NCBI GenBank assembly: GCA_046563655.1
Contig: JAJCTO010000015.1
Coordinates: forward strand, 1 to 64,000
From: Yuukianura sp. NJ FZ-2021
Taxonomy: Eukaryota
Direction of reading: 5' to 3'
Length of the DNA: 64,000 bases
A program made the translations under genes and the position numbers. The notes under the pieces are model-generated. The model was not told the origin of the DNA and searched no databases. It saw nothing but the letters and a program-made list of their open reading frames with translations. Shown in pieces: positions 24,501 to 39,500 of this stretch (positions within the stretch are counted from its first letter, which is position 1; each line of letters begins with the position of its first letter).

Positions 24501-27500
24501 GTCGTGCCTCATCTTGTTACCTTTATTTATGAAAATTCAAGTTTTAAAACAAAGAATTCAAAAGAAATGCATTCCGGAACGATGCTAGGTAAAAGTCAAC
24601 TACCTTTTTGAGATCCTCATAAAAAGTGCTACAGGAACCCACTTTCACTTGCCGTGTCGTCCCTCATCTCGTTACTTTTCTTTATGAAAATTTGTTTCAA
24701 GAACCTCCACTCGGAGCGATGCCGGGTGAAAATGAGTTACTTTTCTGAAATCCTCCTGAAAAGTACTTCAGGAACCCAAGTTTGATTGGCGTGGATAGAT
24801 CGCCATTAAATCTGGTTAGAGTGTTTTTAAAAGTCTGGATGAACCGCACTGCCTCGGAGTTTATCTTGGGTTGGTAAACGGCACCCAGAGCAATGCCGAG
24901 CACCATTTTGTCGAAAACGACTTAAATTTGACAGAATGAACATGCAAATGTGAGAATGAACAGAAAGTAAATTACATTTTTGAAATCCTCATAAAAAGTG
25001 CTACAGGAACGCACTTTCACTTGCTGTGTCGTGCCTCATCTTGTTACCTTTATTTATGAAAATTCAAGTTTCAAAACAAAGAATTCAAAAGAAATGCATT
25101 CCGGAACGATGCTAGGTAAAAGTCAACTACCTTTTTGAGATCCTCATAAAAGTGCTACAGGAACCCACTTTCACTTGCCGTGTCGTCCCTCATCTCGTTA
25201 CTTTTCTTTATGAAAATTTGTTTCAAGAACCTCCACTCGGAGCGATGCCGGGTGAAAGTGAGTTACTTTTCTGAAATCCTCCTGAAAAGTACTTCAGGAA
25301 CCCAAGTTTGATTGGCGTGGATAGATCGCCATTAAATCTGGTTAGAGTGTTTTAAAAGTCTGGATGAACCGCACTGCCTCGGAGTTTATCTTGGGTTGGT
25401 AAACGGCACCCAGAGCAATGCCGAGCACCATTTTGTCGAAAACGACATAAATTTGAGAGAATGAACATGCAAATGTGAGAATGAACAGAAAGTAAATTGC
25501 ATTTTTGAGATTCTCATAAAAAGTGCTACAGGAACCCACTTTCACTTGCCGTGTCGTCCCTCATCTCGTTACTTTTCTTTATGAAAATTTGTTTCAAGAA
25601 CCTCCACTCGGAGCGATGCCGGGTGAAAGTGAGTTACTTTTCTGAAATCCTCCTGAAAAGTACTTCAGGAACCCAAGTTTGATTGGCGTGGATAGATCGC
25701 CATTAAATCTGGTTAGAGTGTTTTTAAAAGTCTGGATGAACCGCACTGCCTCGGAGTTTATCTTGGGTTGGTAAACGGCACCCAGAGCAATGCCGAGCAC
25801 CATTTTGTTGAAAACGACATAAATTTGAGAGAATGAACATGCAAATGTGAGAATGAACAGAAAGTAAATTGCATTTTTGAGATTCTCATAAAAAGTGCTA
25901 CAGGAACCCACTTTCACTTGCCGTGTCGTCCCTCATCTCGTTACTTTTCTTTATGAAAATTTGTTTCAAGAACCTCCACTCGGAGCGATGCCGGGTGAAA
26001 GTGAGTTACTTTTCTGAAATCCTCCTGAAAAGTACTTCAGGAACCCAAGTTTGATTGGCGTGGATAGATCGCCATTAAATCTGGTTAGAGTGTTTTTAAA
26101 AGTCTGGATGAACCGCACTGCCTCGGAGTTTATCTTGGGTTGGTAAACGGCACCCAGAGCAATGCCGAGCACCATTTTGTCGAAAACGACTTAAATTTGA
26201 AAGAATGAACATGCAAATGTGAGAATGAACAGAAAGTAAATTACATTTTTGAAATCCTCATAAAAAGTGCTACAGGAACGCACTTTCACTTGCCGTGTCG
26301 TCCCTCATCTCGTTACTTTTCTTTATGAAAATTTGTTTCAAGAACCTCCACTCGGAGCGATGCCGGGTGAAAGTGAGTTACTTTTCTAAAATCCTCCTGA
26401 AAAGTACTTCAGGAACCCAAGTTTGATTGGCGTGGATAGATCGCCATTAAATCTGGTTAGAGTGTTTTTAAAAGTCTGGATGAACCGCACTGCCTCGGAG
26501 TTTATCTTGGGTTGGTAAACGGCACCCAGAGCAATGCCGAGCACCATTTTGTCGAAAACGACTTAAATTTGAGAGAATGAACATGCAAATGTGAGAATGA
26601 ACAGAAAGTAAATTACATTTTTGAAATCCTCATAAAAAGTGCTACAGGAACACACTTTCACTTGCTGTGTCGTGCCTCATCTTGTTACCTTTATTTATGA
26701 AAATTCAAGTTTTAAAACAAAGAATTCAAAAGAAATGCATTCCGGAACGATGCTAGGTAAAAGTCAACTACCTTTTTGAGATCCTCATAAAAAGTGCTAC
26801 AGGAACCCACTTTCACTTGCCGTGTCGTCCCTCATCTCGTTACTTTTCTTTATGAAAATTTGTTTCAAGAACCTCCACTCGGAGCGATGCCGGGTGAAAA
26901 TGAGTTACTTTTCTGAAATCCTCCTGAAAAGTACTTCAGGAACCCAAGTTTGATTGGCGTGGATAGATCGCCATTAAATCTGGTTAGAGTGTTTTTAAAA
27001 GTCTGGATGAACCGCACTGCCTCGGAGTTTATCTTGGGTTGGTAAACGGCACCCAGAGCAATGCCGAGCACCATTTTGTCGAAAACGACATAAATTTGAG
27101 AGAATGAACATGCAAATGTGAGAATGAACAGAAAGTAAATTACATTTTTGAAATCCTCATAAAAAGTGCTACAGGAACGCACTTTCACTTGCTGTGTCGT
27201 GCCTCATCTTGTTACCTTTATTTATGAAAATTCAAGTTTCAAAACAAAGAATTCAAAAGAAATGCATTCCGGAACGATGCTAGGTAAAAGTCAACTACCT
27301 TTTTGAGATCCTCATAAAAAGTTCTACAGGAACCCACTTTCACTTGCCGTGTCGTCCCTCATCTCGTTACTTTTCTTTATGAAAATTTGATTCAAGAACC
27401 TCCACTCAAAGCGATGCCGGGTGAAAATGAGTTACTTTTTTGAAATCCTCCTGAAAAGTACTTCAGGAACCCAAGTTTGATTGGCGTGGATAGATCGCCA

Positions 27501-30500
27501 TTACATCTGGTTAGAGTGTGCTTAAAAGTCTGGATGAACCGCACTGCCCCGGAGTTTATCTTGGGTTGGTAAACGGCACCCAGAGCAATGCCGAGCACCA
27601 TTTTGTCGAAAACGACTTAAATTTGAGAGAATGAACATGCAAATGTGAGAATGAACAGAAAGTAAATTACATTTTTGAAATCCTCATAAAAAGTGCTACA
27701 GGAACTCACTTTCACTTGCCGTGTCGTCCCTCATCTCGTTACTTTTCTTTGTGAAAATTTGTTTCAAGAACCTCCACTCGGAGCGATGCCGGGTGAAAGT
27801 GAGTTACTTTTCTAACATCCTCCTGAAAAGTACTTCAGGAACCCAAGTTTGATTGGCGTGGATAGATCGCCATTAAATCTGGTTAGAGTGTGCTTAAAAG
27901 TCTGGATGAACCGCACTGCCCCGGAGTTTATCTTGGGTTGGTAAACGGCAAATTGAGCAATGCCGAGCACCATTTTGTCGAAAACGACATAAATTTGAGA
28001 GAATGAACATGCAAATGTGAGAATGAACAGAAAGTAAATTGCATTTTTGAGATTCTCATAAAAAGTGCTACAGGAACCCACTTTCACTTGCCGTGTCGTC
28101 CCTCATCTCGTTACTTTTCTTTATGAAAATTTGTTTCAAGAACCTCCACTCGGAGCGATGCCGGGTGAAAATGAGTTACTTTTCTGAAATCCTCCTGAAA
28201 AGTACTTCAGGAACCCAAGTTTGATTGGCGTGGATAGATCGCCATTAAATCTGGTTAGAGTGTTTTTAAAAGTCTGGATGAACCGCACTGCCTCGGAGTT
28301 TATCTTGGGTTGGTAAACGGCACCCAGAGCAATGCCGAGCACCATTTTGTCGAAAACGACTTAAATTTGACAGAATGAACATGCAAATGTGAGAATGAAC
28401 AGAAAGTAAATTACATTTTTGAAATCCTCATAAAAAGTGCTACAGGAACGCACTTTCACTTGCTGTGTCGTGCCTCATCTTGTTACCTTTATTTATGAAA
28501 ATTCAAGTTTCAAAACAAAGAATTCAAAAGAAATGCATTCCGGAACGATGCTAGGTAAAAGTCAACTACCTTTTTGAGATCCTCATAAAAAGTTCTACAG
28601 GAACCCACTTTCACTTGCCGTGTCGTCCCTCATCTCGTTACTTTTCTTTATGAAAATTTGATTCAAGAACCTCCACTCAAAGCGATGCCGGGTGAAAATG
28701 AGTTACTTTTCTGAAATCCTCCTGAAAAGTACTTCAGGAACCCAAGTTTGATTGGCGTGGATAGATCGCCATTACATCTGGTTAGAGTGTGCTTAAAAGT
28801 CTGGATGAACCGCACTGCCCCGGAGTTTATCTTGGGTTGGTAAACGGCACCCAGAGCAATGCCGAGCACCATTTTGTCGAAAACGACTTAAATTTGAGAG
28901 AATGAACATGCAAATGTGAGAATGAACAGAAAGTAAATTACATTTTTGAAATCCTCATAAAAAGTGCTACAGGAACTCACTTTCACTTGCCGTGTCGTCC
29001 CTCATCTCGTTACTTTTCTTTATGAAAATTTGTTTCAAGAACCTCCACTCGGAGCGATGCCGGGTGAAAGTGAGTTACTTTTCTAACATCCTCCTGAAAA
29101 GTACTTCAGGAACCCAAGTTTGATTGGCGTGGATAGATCGCCATTAAATCTGGTTAGAGTGTGCTTAAAAGTCTGGATGAACCGCACTGCCTCGGAGTTT
29201 ATCTTGGGTTGGTAAACGGCAAATTGAGCAATGCCGAGCACCATTTTGTCGAAAACGACATAAATTTGAGAGAATGAACATGCAAATGTGAGAATGAACA
29301 GAAAGTAAATTGCATTTTTGAGATTCTCATAAAAAGTGCTACAGGAACCCACTTTCACTTGCCGTGTCGTCCCTCATCTCGTTACTTTTCTTTATGAAAA
29401 TTTGATTCAAGAACCTCCACTCAAAGCGATGCCGGGTGAAAATGAGTTACTTTTTTGAAATCCTCCTGAAAAGTACTTCAGGAACCCAAGTTTGATTGGC
29501 GTGGATAGATCGCCATTACATCTGGTTAGAGTGTTTTTAAAAGTCTGGATGAACCGCACTGCCTCGGAGTTTATCTTGGGTTGGTAAACGGCACCCAGAG
29601 CAATGCCGAGCACCATTTTGTCGAAAACGACTTAAATTTGAGAGAATGAACATGCAAATGTGAGAATGAACAGAAAGTAAATTACATTTTTGAAATCCTC
29701 ATAAAAAGTGCTACAGGAACACACTTTCACTTGCTGTGTCGTGCCTCATCTTGTTACCTTTATTTATGAAAATTCAAGTTTTAAAACAAAGAATTCAAAA
29801 GAAATGCATTCCGGAACGATGCTAGGTAAAAGTCAACTACCTTTTTGAGATCCTCATAAAAGTGCTACAGGAACCCACTTTCACTTGCCGTGTCGTCCCT
29901 CATCTCGTTACTTTTCTTTATGAAAATTTGTTTCAAGAACCTCCACTCGGAGCGATGCCGGGTGAAAATGAGTTACTTTTCTGAAATCCTCCTGAAAAGT
30001 ACTTCAGGAACCCAAGTTTGATTGGCGTGGATAGATCGCCATTAAATCTGGTTAGAGTGTTTTTAAAAGTCTGGATGAACCGTACTGCCTCGGAGTTTAT
30101 CTTGGGTTGGTAAACGGCACCCAGAGCAATGCCGAGCACCATTTTGTCGAAAACGACTTAAATTTGACAGAATGAACATGCAAATGTGAGAATGAACAGA
30201 AAGTAAATTACATTTTTGAAATCCTCATAAAAAGTGCTACAGGAACGCACTTTCACTTGCTGTGTCGTGCCTCATCTTGTTACCTTTATTTATGAAAATT
30301 CAAGTTTCAAAACAAAGAATTCAAAAGAAATGCATTCCGGAACGATGCTAGGTAAAAGTCAACTACCTTTTTGAGATCCTCATAAAAAGTTCTACAGGAA
30401 CCCACTTTCACTTGCCGTGTCGTCCCTCATCTCGTTACTTTTCTTTATGAAAATTTGATTCAAGAACCTCCACTCAAAGCGATGCCGGGTGAAAATGAGT

Positions 30501-33500
30501 TACTTTTTTGAAATCCTCCTGAAAAGTACTTCAGGAACCCAAGTTTGATTGGCGTGGATAGATCGCCATTACATCTGGTTAGAGTGTGCTTAAAAGTCTG
30601 GATGAACCGCACTGCCCCGGAGTTTATCTTGGGTTGGTAAACGGCACCCAGAGCAATGCCGAGCACCATTTTGTCGAAAACGACTTAAATTTGAGAGAAT
30701 GAACATGCAAATGTGAGAATGAACAGAAAGTAAATTACATTTTTGAAATCCTCATAAAAAGTGCTACAGGAACTCACTTTCACTTGCCGTGTCGTCCCTC
30801 ATCTCGTTACTTTTCTTTATGAAAATTTGTTTCAAGAACCTCCACTCGGAGCGATGCCGGGTGAAAGTGAGTTACTTTTCTAACATCCTCCTGAAAAGTA
30901 CTTCAGGAACCCAAGTTTGATTGGCGTGGATAGATCGCCATTAAATCTGGTTAGAGTGTGCTTAAAAGTCTGGATGAACCGCACTGCCTCGGAGTTTATC
31001 TTGGGTTGGTAAACGGCAAATTGAGCAATGCCGAGCACCATTTTGTCGAAAACGACTTAAATTTGAGAGAATGAACATGCAAATGTGAGAATGAACAGAA
31101 AGTAAATTACATTTTTGAGATCCTCATAAAAAGTGCTACAGGAACCCACTTTCACTTGCCGTGTCGTCCCTCATCTCGTTACTTTTCTTTATGAAAATTT
31201 GATTCAAGAACCTCCACTCAAAGCGATGCCGGGTGAAAATGAGTTACTTTTTTGAAATCCTCCTGAAAAGTACTTCAGGAACCCAAGTTTGATTGGCGTG
31301 GATAGATCGCCATTACATCTGGTTAGAGTGTGCTTAAAAGTCTGGATGAACCGCACTGCCCCGGAGTTTATCTTGGGTTGGTAAACGGCACCCAGAGCAA
31401 TGCCGAGCACCATTTTGTCGAAAACGACTTAAATTTGAGAGAATGAACATGCAAATGTGAGAATGAACAGAAAGTAAATTACATTTTTGAAATCCTCATA
31501 AAAAGTGCTACAGGAACCCACTTTCACTTGCCGTGTCGTCCCTCATCTCGTTACTTTTCTTTATGAAAATTTGTTTCAAGAACCTCCACTCGGAGCGATG
31601 CCGGGTGAAAGTGAGTTACTTTTCTAACATCCTCCTGAAAAGTACTTCAGGAACCCAAGTTTGATTGGCGTGGATAGATCGCCATTAAATCTGGTTAGAG
31701 TGTTTTTAAAAGTCTGGATGAACCGCACTGCCTCGGAGCTTATCTTGGGTTGGTAAACGGCACCCAGAGCAATGCCGAGCACCATTTTGTTGAAAACGAC
31801 TTAAATTTGAGAGAATGAACATGCAAATGTGCGAATGAACAGAAAGTAAATTACATTTTTGAAATCCTCATAAAAAGTGCTACAGGAACGCACTTTCACT
31901 TGCTGTGTCGTGCCTCATCTTGTTACCTTTATTTATGAAAATTCAAGTTTCAAAACAAAGAATTCAAAAGAAATGCATTCCGGAACGATGCTAGGTAAAA
32001 GTCAACTACCTTTTTGAGATCCTCATAAAAAGTTCTACAGGAACCCACTTTCACTTGCCGTGTCGTCCCTCATCTCGTTACTTTTCTTTATGAAAATTTG
32101 ATTCAAGAACCTCCACTCAAAGCGATGCCGGGTGAAAATGAGTTACTTTTCTGAAATCCTCCTGAAAAGTACTTCAGGAAACCAAGTTTGATTGGCGTGG
32201 ATAGATCGCCATTACATCTGGTTAGAGTGTGCTTAAAAGTCTGGATGAACCGCACTGCCCCGGAGTTTATCTTGGGTTGGTAAACGGCAAATTGAGCAAT
32301 GCCGAGCACCATTTTGTCGAAAACGACATAAATTTGAGAGAATGAACATGCAAATGTGAGAATGAACAGAAAGTAAATTGCATTTTTGAGATTCTCATAA
32401 AAAGTGCTACAGGAACCCACTTTCACTTGCCGTGTCGTCCCTCATCTCGTTACTTTTCTTTATGAAAATTTGTTTCAAGAACCTCCACTCGGAGCGATGC
32501 CGGGTGAAAGTGAGTTACTTTTCTGAAATCCTCCTGAAAAGTACTTCAGGAACCCAAGTTTGATTGGCGTGGATAGATCGCCATTAAATCTGGTTAGAGT
32601 GTTTTTAAAAGTCTGGATGAACCGCACTGCCTCGGAGCTTATCTTGGGTTGGTAAACGGCACCCAGAGCAATGCCGAGCACCATTTTGTTGAAAACGACT
32701 TAAATTTGAGAGAATGAACATGCAAATGTGAGAATGAACAGAAAGTAAATTGCATTTTTGAGATTCTCATAAAAAGTGCTACAGGAACCCACTTTCACTT
32801 GCCGTGTCGTCCCTCATCTCGTTACTTTTCTTTATGAAAATTTGTTTCAAGAACCTCCACTCGCAGCGATGCCGGGTGAAAGTGAGTTACTTTTCTGAAA
32901 TCCTCCTGAAAAGTACTTCAGGAACCCAAGTTTGATTGGCGTGGATAGATCGCCATTAAATCTGGTTAGGGTGTTTTAAAAGTCTGAATGAACCGCACTG
33001 CCTCGGAGTTTATCTTGGGTTGGTAAACGGCACCCAGAGCAATGCCGAGCACCATTTTGTCGAAAACGACATAAATTTGAGAGAATGAACATGCAAATGT
33101 GAGAATGAACAGAAAGTAAATTGCATTTTTGAGATTCTCATAAAAAGTGCTACAGGAACCCACTTTCACTTGCCGTGTCGTCCCTCATCTCGTTACTTTT
33201 CTTTATGAAAATTTGTTTCAAGAACCTACACTCGGAGCGATGCCGGGTGAAAGTGAGTTACTTTTCTGAAATCCTCCTGAAAAGTACTTCAGGAACCCAA
33301 GTTTGATTGGCGTGGATAGATCGCCATTAAATCTGGTTAGAGTGTTTTTAAAAGTCTGGATGAACCGCACTGCCCCGGAGTTTATCTTGGGTTGGTAAAC
33401 GGCACCCAGAGCAATGCCGAGCACCATTTTGTTGAAAACGACATAAATTTGAGAGAATGAACATGCAAATGTGAGAATGAACAGAAAGTAAATTGCATTT

Positions 33501-36500
33501 TTGAGATTCTCATAAAAAGTGCTACAGGAACCCACTTTCACTTGCCGTGTCGTCCCTCATCTCGTTACTTTTCTTTATGAAAATTTGTTTCAAGAACCTC
33601 CACTCGGAGCGATGCCGGGTGAAAGTGAGTTACTTTTCTGAAATCCTCCTGAAAAGTACTTCAGGAACCCAAGTTTGATTGGCGTGGATAGATCGCCATT
33701 AAATCTGGTTAGAGTGTTTTTAAAAGTCTGGATGAACCGCACTGCCTCGGAGTTTATCTTGGGTTGGTAAACGGCACCCAGAGCAATGCCGAGCACCATT
33801 TTGTCGAAAACGACTTAAATTTGAAAGAATGAACATGCAAATGTGAGAATGAACAGAAAGTAAATTACATTTTTGAAATCCTCATAAAAAGTGCTACAGG
33901 AACGCACTTTCACTTGCCGTGTCGTCCCTCATCTCGTTACTTTTCTTTATGAAAATTTGTTTCAAGAACCTCCACTCGGAGCGATGCCGGGTGAAAGTGA
34001 GTTACTTTTCTAAAATCCTCCTGAAAAGTACTTCAGGAACCCAAGTTTGATTGGCGTGGATAGATCGCCATTAAATCTGGTTAGAGTGTTTTTAAAAGTC
34101 TGGATGAACCGCACTGCCTCGGAGTTTATCTTGGGTTGGTAAACGGCACCCAGAGCAATGCCGAGCACCATTTTGTCGAAAACGACTTAAATTTGAGAGA
34201 ATGAACATGCAAATGTGAGAATGAACAGAAAGTAAATTACATTTTTGAAATCCTCATAAAAAGTGCTACAGGAACACACTTTCACTTGCTGTGTCGTGCC
34301 TCATCTTGTTACCTTTATTTATGAAAATTCAAGTTTTAAAACAAAGAATTCAAAAGAAATGCATTCCGGAACGATGCTAGGTAAAAGTCAACTACCTTTT
34401 TGAGATCCTCATAAAAGTGCTACAGGAACCCACTTTCACTTGCCGTGTCGTCCCTCATCTCGTTACTTTTCTTTATGAAAATTTGTTTCAAGAACCTCCA
34501 CTCGGAGCGATGCCGGGTGAAAATGAGTTACTTTTCTGAAATCCTCCTGAAAAGTACTTCAGGAACCCAAGTTTGATTGGCGTGGATAGATCGCCATTAA
34601 ATCTGGTTAGAGTGTGCTTAAAAGTCTGGATGAACCGCACTGCCTCGGAGTTTATCTTGGGTTGGTAAACGGCAAATTGAGCAATGCCGAGCACCATTTT
34701 GTCGAAAACGACATAAATTTGACAGAATGAACATGCAAATGTGAGAATGAACAGAAAGTAAATTGCATTTTTGAGATTCTCATAAAAAGTGCTACAGGAA
34801 CCCACTTTCACTTGCCGTGTCGTCCCTCATCTCGTTACTTTTCTTTATGAAAATTTGTTTCAAGAACCTCCACTCGGAGCGATGCCGGGTGAAAATGAGT
34901 TACTTTTCTGAAATCCTCCTGAAAAGTACTTCAGGAACCCAAGTTTGATTGGCGTGGATAGATCGCCATTAAATCTGGTTAGAGTGTGCTTAAAAGTCTA
35001 GATGAACCGCACTGCCTCGGAGTTTATCTTGGGTTGGTAAACGGCAAATTGAGCAACGCCGAGCACCATTTTGTCGAAAACGACATAAATTTGACAGAAT
35101 GAACATGCAAATGTGAGAATGAACAGAAAGTAAATTACATTTTTGAAATCCCCATAAAAAGTGCTACAGGAACGCACTTTCACTTGCTGTGTCGTGCCTC
35201 ATCTTGTTACCTTTATTTATGAAAATTCAAGTTTCAAAACAAAGAATTCAAAAGAAATGCATTCCGGAACGATGCTAGGTAAAAGTCAACTACCTTTTTG
35301 AGATCCTCATAAAAGTGCTACAGGAACCCACTTTCACTTGCCGTGTCGTCCCTCATCTCGTTACTTTTCTTTATGAAAATTTGTTTCAAGAACCTCCACT
35401 CGGAGCGATGCCGGGTGAAAGTGAGTTACTTTTCTGAAATCCTCCTGAAAAGTACTTCAGGAACCCAAGTTTGATTGGCGTGGATAGATCGCCATTAAAT
35501 CTGGTTAGGGTGTTTTAAAAGTCTGGATGAACCGCACTGCCTCGGAGTTTATCTTGGGTTGGTAAACGGCACCCAGAGCAATGCCGAGCACCATTTTGTC
35601 GAAAACGACATAAATTTGAGAGAATGAACATGCAAATGTGAGAATGAACAGAAAGTAAATTGCATTTTTGAGATTCTCATAAAAAGTGCTACAGGAACCC
35701 ACTTTCACTTGCCGTGTCGTCCCTCATCTCGTTACTTTTCTTTATGAAAATTTGTTTCAAGAACCTACACTCGGAGCGATGCCGGGTGAAAGTGAGTTAC
35801 TTTTCTGAAATCCTCCTGAAAAGTACTTCAGGAACCCAAGTTTGATTGGCGTGGATAGATCGCCATTAAATCTGGTTAGAGTGTTTTTAAAAGTCTGGAT
35901 GAACCGCACTGCCCCGGAGTTTATCTTGGGTTGGTAAACGGCACCCAGAGCAATGCCGAGCACCATTTTGTTGAAAACGACATAAATTTGAGAGAATGAA
36001 CATGCAAATGTGAGAATGAACAGAAAGTAAATTGCATTTTTGAGATTCTCATAAAAAGTGCTACAGGAACCCACTTTCACTTGCCGTGTCGTCCCTCATC
36101 TCGTTACTTTTCTTTATGAAAATTTGTTTCAAGAACCTCCACTCGGAGCGATGCCGGGTGAAAGTGAGTTACTTTTCTGAAATCCTCCTGAAAAGTACTT
36201 CAGGAACCCAAGTTTGATTGGCGTAGATAGATCGCCATTAAATCTGGTTAGAGTGTTTTTAAAAGTCTGGATGAACCGCACTGCCTCGGAGTTTATCTTG
36301 GGTTGGTAAACGGCACCCAGAGCAATGCCGAGCACCATTTTGTCGAAAACGACTTAAATTTGAGAGAATGAACATGCAAATGTGAGAATGAACAGAAAGT
36401 AAATTACATTTTTGAAATCCTCATAAAAAGTGCTACAGGAACGCACTTTCACTTGCCGTGTCGTCCCTCATCTCGTTACTTTTCTTTATGAAAATTTGTT

Positions 36501-39500
36501 TCAAGAACCTCCACTCGGAGCGATGCCGGGTGAAAGTGAGTTACTTTTCTAAAATCCTCCTGAAAAGTACTTCAGGAACCCAAGTTTGATTGGCGTGGAT
36601 AGATCGCCATTAAATCTGGTTAGAGTGTTTTTAAAAGTCTGGATGAACCGCACTGCCTCGGAGTTTATCTTGGGTTGGTAAACGGCACCCAGAGCAATGC
36701 CGAGCACCATTTTGTCGAAAACGACTTAAATTTGAGAGAATGAACATGCAAATGTGAGAATGAACAGAAAGTAAATTACATTTTTGAAATCCTCATAAAA
36801 AGTGCTACAGGAACGCACTTTCACTTGCTGTGTCGTGCCTCATCTTGTTACCTTTATTTATGAAAATTCAAGTTTTAAAACAAAGAATTCAAAAGAAATG
36901 CATTCCGGAACGATGCTAGGTAAAAGTCAACTACCTTTTTGAGATCCTCATAAAAAGTGCTACAGGAACCCACTTTCACTTGCCGTGTCGTCCCTCATCT
37001 CGTTACTTTTCTTTATGAAAATTTGTTTCAAGAACCTCCACTCGGAGCGATGCCGGGTGAAAATGAGTTACTTTTCTGAAATCCTCCTGAAAAGTACTTC
37101 AGGAACCCAAGTTTGATTGGCGTGGATAGATCGCCATTAAATCTGGTTAGAGTGTGCTTAAAAGTCTGGATGAACCGCACTGCCTCGGAGTTTATCTTGG
37201 GTTGGTAAACGGCAAATTGAGCAATGCCGAGCACCATTTTGTCGAAAACGACATAAATTTGAGAGAATGAACATGCAAATGTGAGAATAAACAGAAAGTA
37301 AATTGCATTTTTGAGATTCTCATAAAAAGTGCTACAGGAACCCACTTTCACTTGCCGTGTCGTCCCTCATCTCGTTACTTTTCTTTATGAAAATTTGTTT
37401 CAAGAACCTCCACTCGGAGCGATGCCGGGTGAAAATGAGTTACTTTTCTGAAATCCTCCTGAAAAGTACTTCAGGAACCCAAGTTTGATTGGCGTGGATA
37501 GATCGCCATTAAATCTGGTTAGAGTGTGCTTAAAAGTCTGGATGAACCGCACTGCCCCGGAGTTTATCTTGGGTTGTTAAACGGCAAATTGAGCAATGCC
37601 GAGCACCATTTTGTCGAAAACGACATAAATTTGACAGAATGAACATGCAAATGTGAGAATGAACAGAAAGTAAATTACATTTTTGAAATCCTCATAAAAA
37701 GTGCTACAGGAACGCACTTTCACTTGCTGTGTCGTGCCTCATCTTGTTACCTTTATTTATGAAAATTCAAGTTTCAAAACAAAGAATTCAAAAGAAATGC
37801 ATTCCGGAACGATGCTAGGTAAAAGTCAACTACCTTTTTGAGATCCTCATAAAAAGTTCTACAGGAACCCACTTTCACTTGCCGTGTCGTCCCTCATCTC
37901 GTTACTTTTCTTTATGAAAATTTGATTCAAGAACCTCCACTCAAAGCGATGCCGGGTGAAAATGAGTTACTTTTTTGAAATCCTCCTGAAAAGTACTTCA
38001 GGAACCCAAGTTTGATTGGCGTGGATAGATCGCCATTAAATCTGGTTAGAGTGTGCTTAAAAGTCTGGATGAACCGCACTGCCCCGGAGTTTATCTTGGG
38101 TTGGTAAACGGCAAATTGAGCAATGCCGAGCACCATTTTGTCGAAAACGACATAAATTTGAGAGAATGAACATGCAAATGTGAGAATGAACAGAAAGTAA
38201 ATTACATTTTTGAAATCCTCATAAAAAGTGCTACAGGAACGCACTTTCACTTGCTGTGTCGTGCCTCATCTTGTTACCTTTATTTATGAAAATTCAAGTT
38301 TCAAAACAAAGAATTCAAAAGAAATGCATTCCGGAACGATGCTAGGTAAAAGTCAACTACCTTTTTGAGATCCTCATAAAAAGTTCTACAGGAACCCACT
38401 TTCACTTGCCGTGTCGTCCCTCATCTCGTTACTTTTCTTTATGAAAATTTGATTCAAGAACCTCCACTCAAAGCGATGCCGGGTGAAAATGAGTTACTTT
38501 TTTGAAATCCTCCTGAAAAGTACTTCAGGAACCCAAGTTTGATTGGCGTGGATAGATCGCCATTACATCTGGTTAGAGTGTGCTTAAAAGTCTGGATGAA
38601 CCGCACTGCCCCGGAGTTTATCTTGGGTTGTTAAACGGCAAATTGAGCAATGCCGAGCACCATTTTGTCGAAAACGACATAAATTTGAGAGAATGAACAT
38701 GCAAATGTGAGAATGAACAGAAAGTAAATTACATTTTTGAAATCCTCATAAAAAGTGCTACAGGAACCCACTTTCACTTGCTGTGTCGTGCCTCATCTTG
38801 TTACCTTTATTTATGAAAATTCAAGTTTCAAAACAAAGAATTCAAAAGAAATGCATTCCGGAACGATGCTAGGTAAAAGTCAACTACCTTTTTGAGATCC
38901 TCATAAAAAGTTCTACAGGAACCCACTTTCACTTGCCGTGTCGTCCCTCATCTCGTTACTTTTCTTTATGAAAATTTGATTCAAGAACCTCCACTCAAAG
39001 CGATGCCGGGTGAAAATGAGTTACTTTTTTGAAATCCTCCTGAAAAGTACTTCAGGAACCCAAGTTTGATTGGCGTGGATAGATCGCCATTAAATCTGGT
39101 TAGAGTATTTTTAAAAGTCTGGATGAACCGCACTGCCTCGGAGTTTATCTTGGGTTGGTAAACGGCACCCAGAGCAATGCCGAGCACCATTTTGTCGAAA
39201 ACGACTTAAATTTGAGAGAATGAACATGCAAATGTGAGAATGAACAGAAAGTAAATTACATTTTTGAAATCCTCATAAAAAGTGCTACAGGAACGCACTT
39301 TCACTTGCCGTGTCGTCCCTCATCTCGTTACTTTTCTTTATGAAAATTTGTTTCAAGAACCTCCACTCGGAGCGATGCCGGGTGAAAATGAGTTACTTTT
39401 CTGAAATCCTCCTGAAAAGTACTTCAGGAACCCAAGTTTGATTGGCGTGGATAGATCGCCATTAAATCTGGTTAGAGTGTGCTTAAAAGTCTGGATGAAC

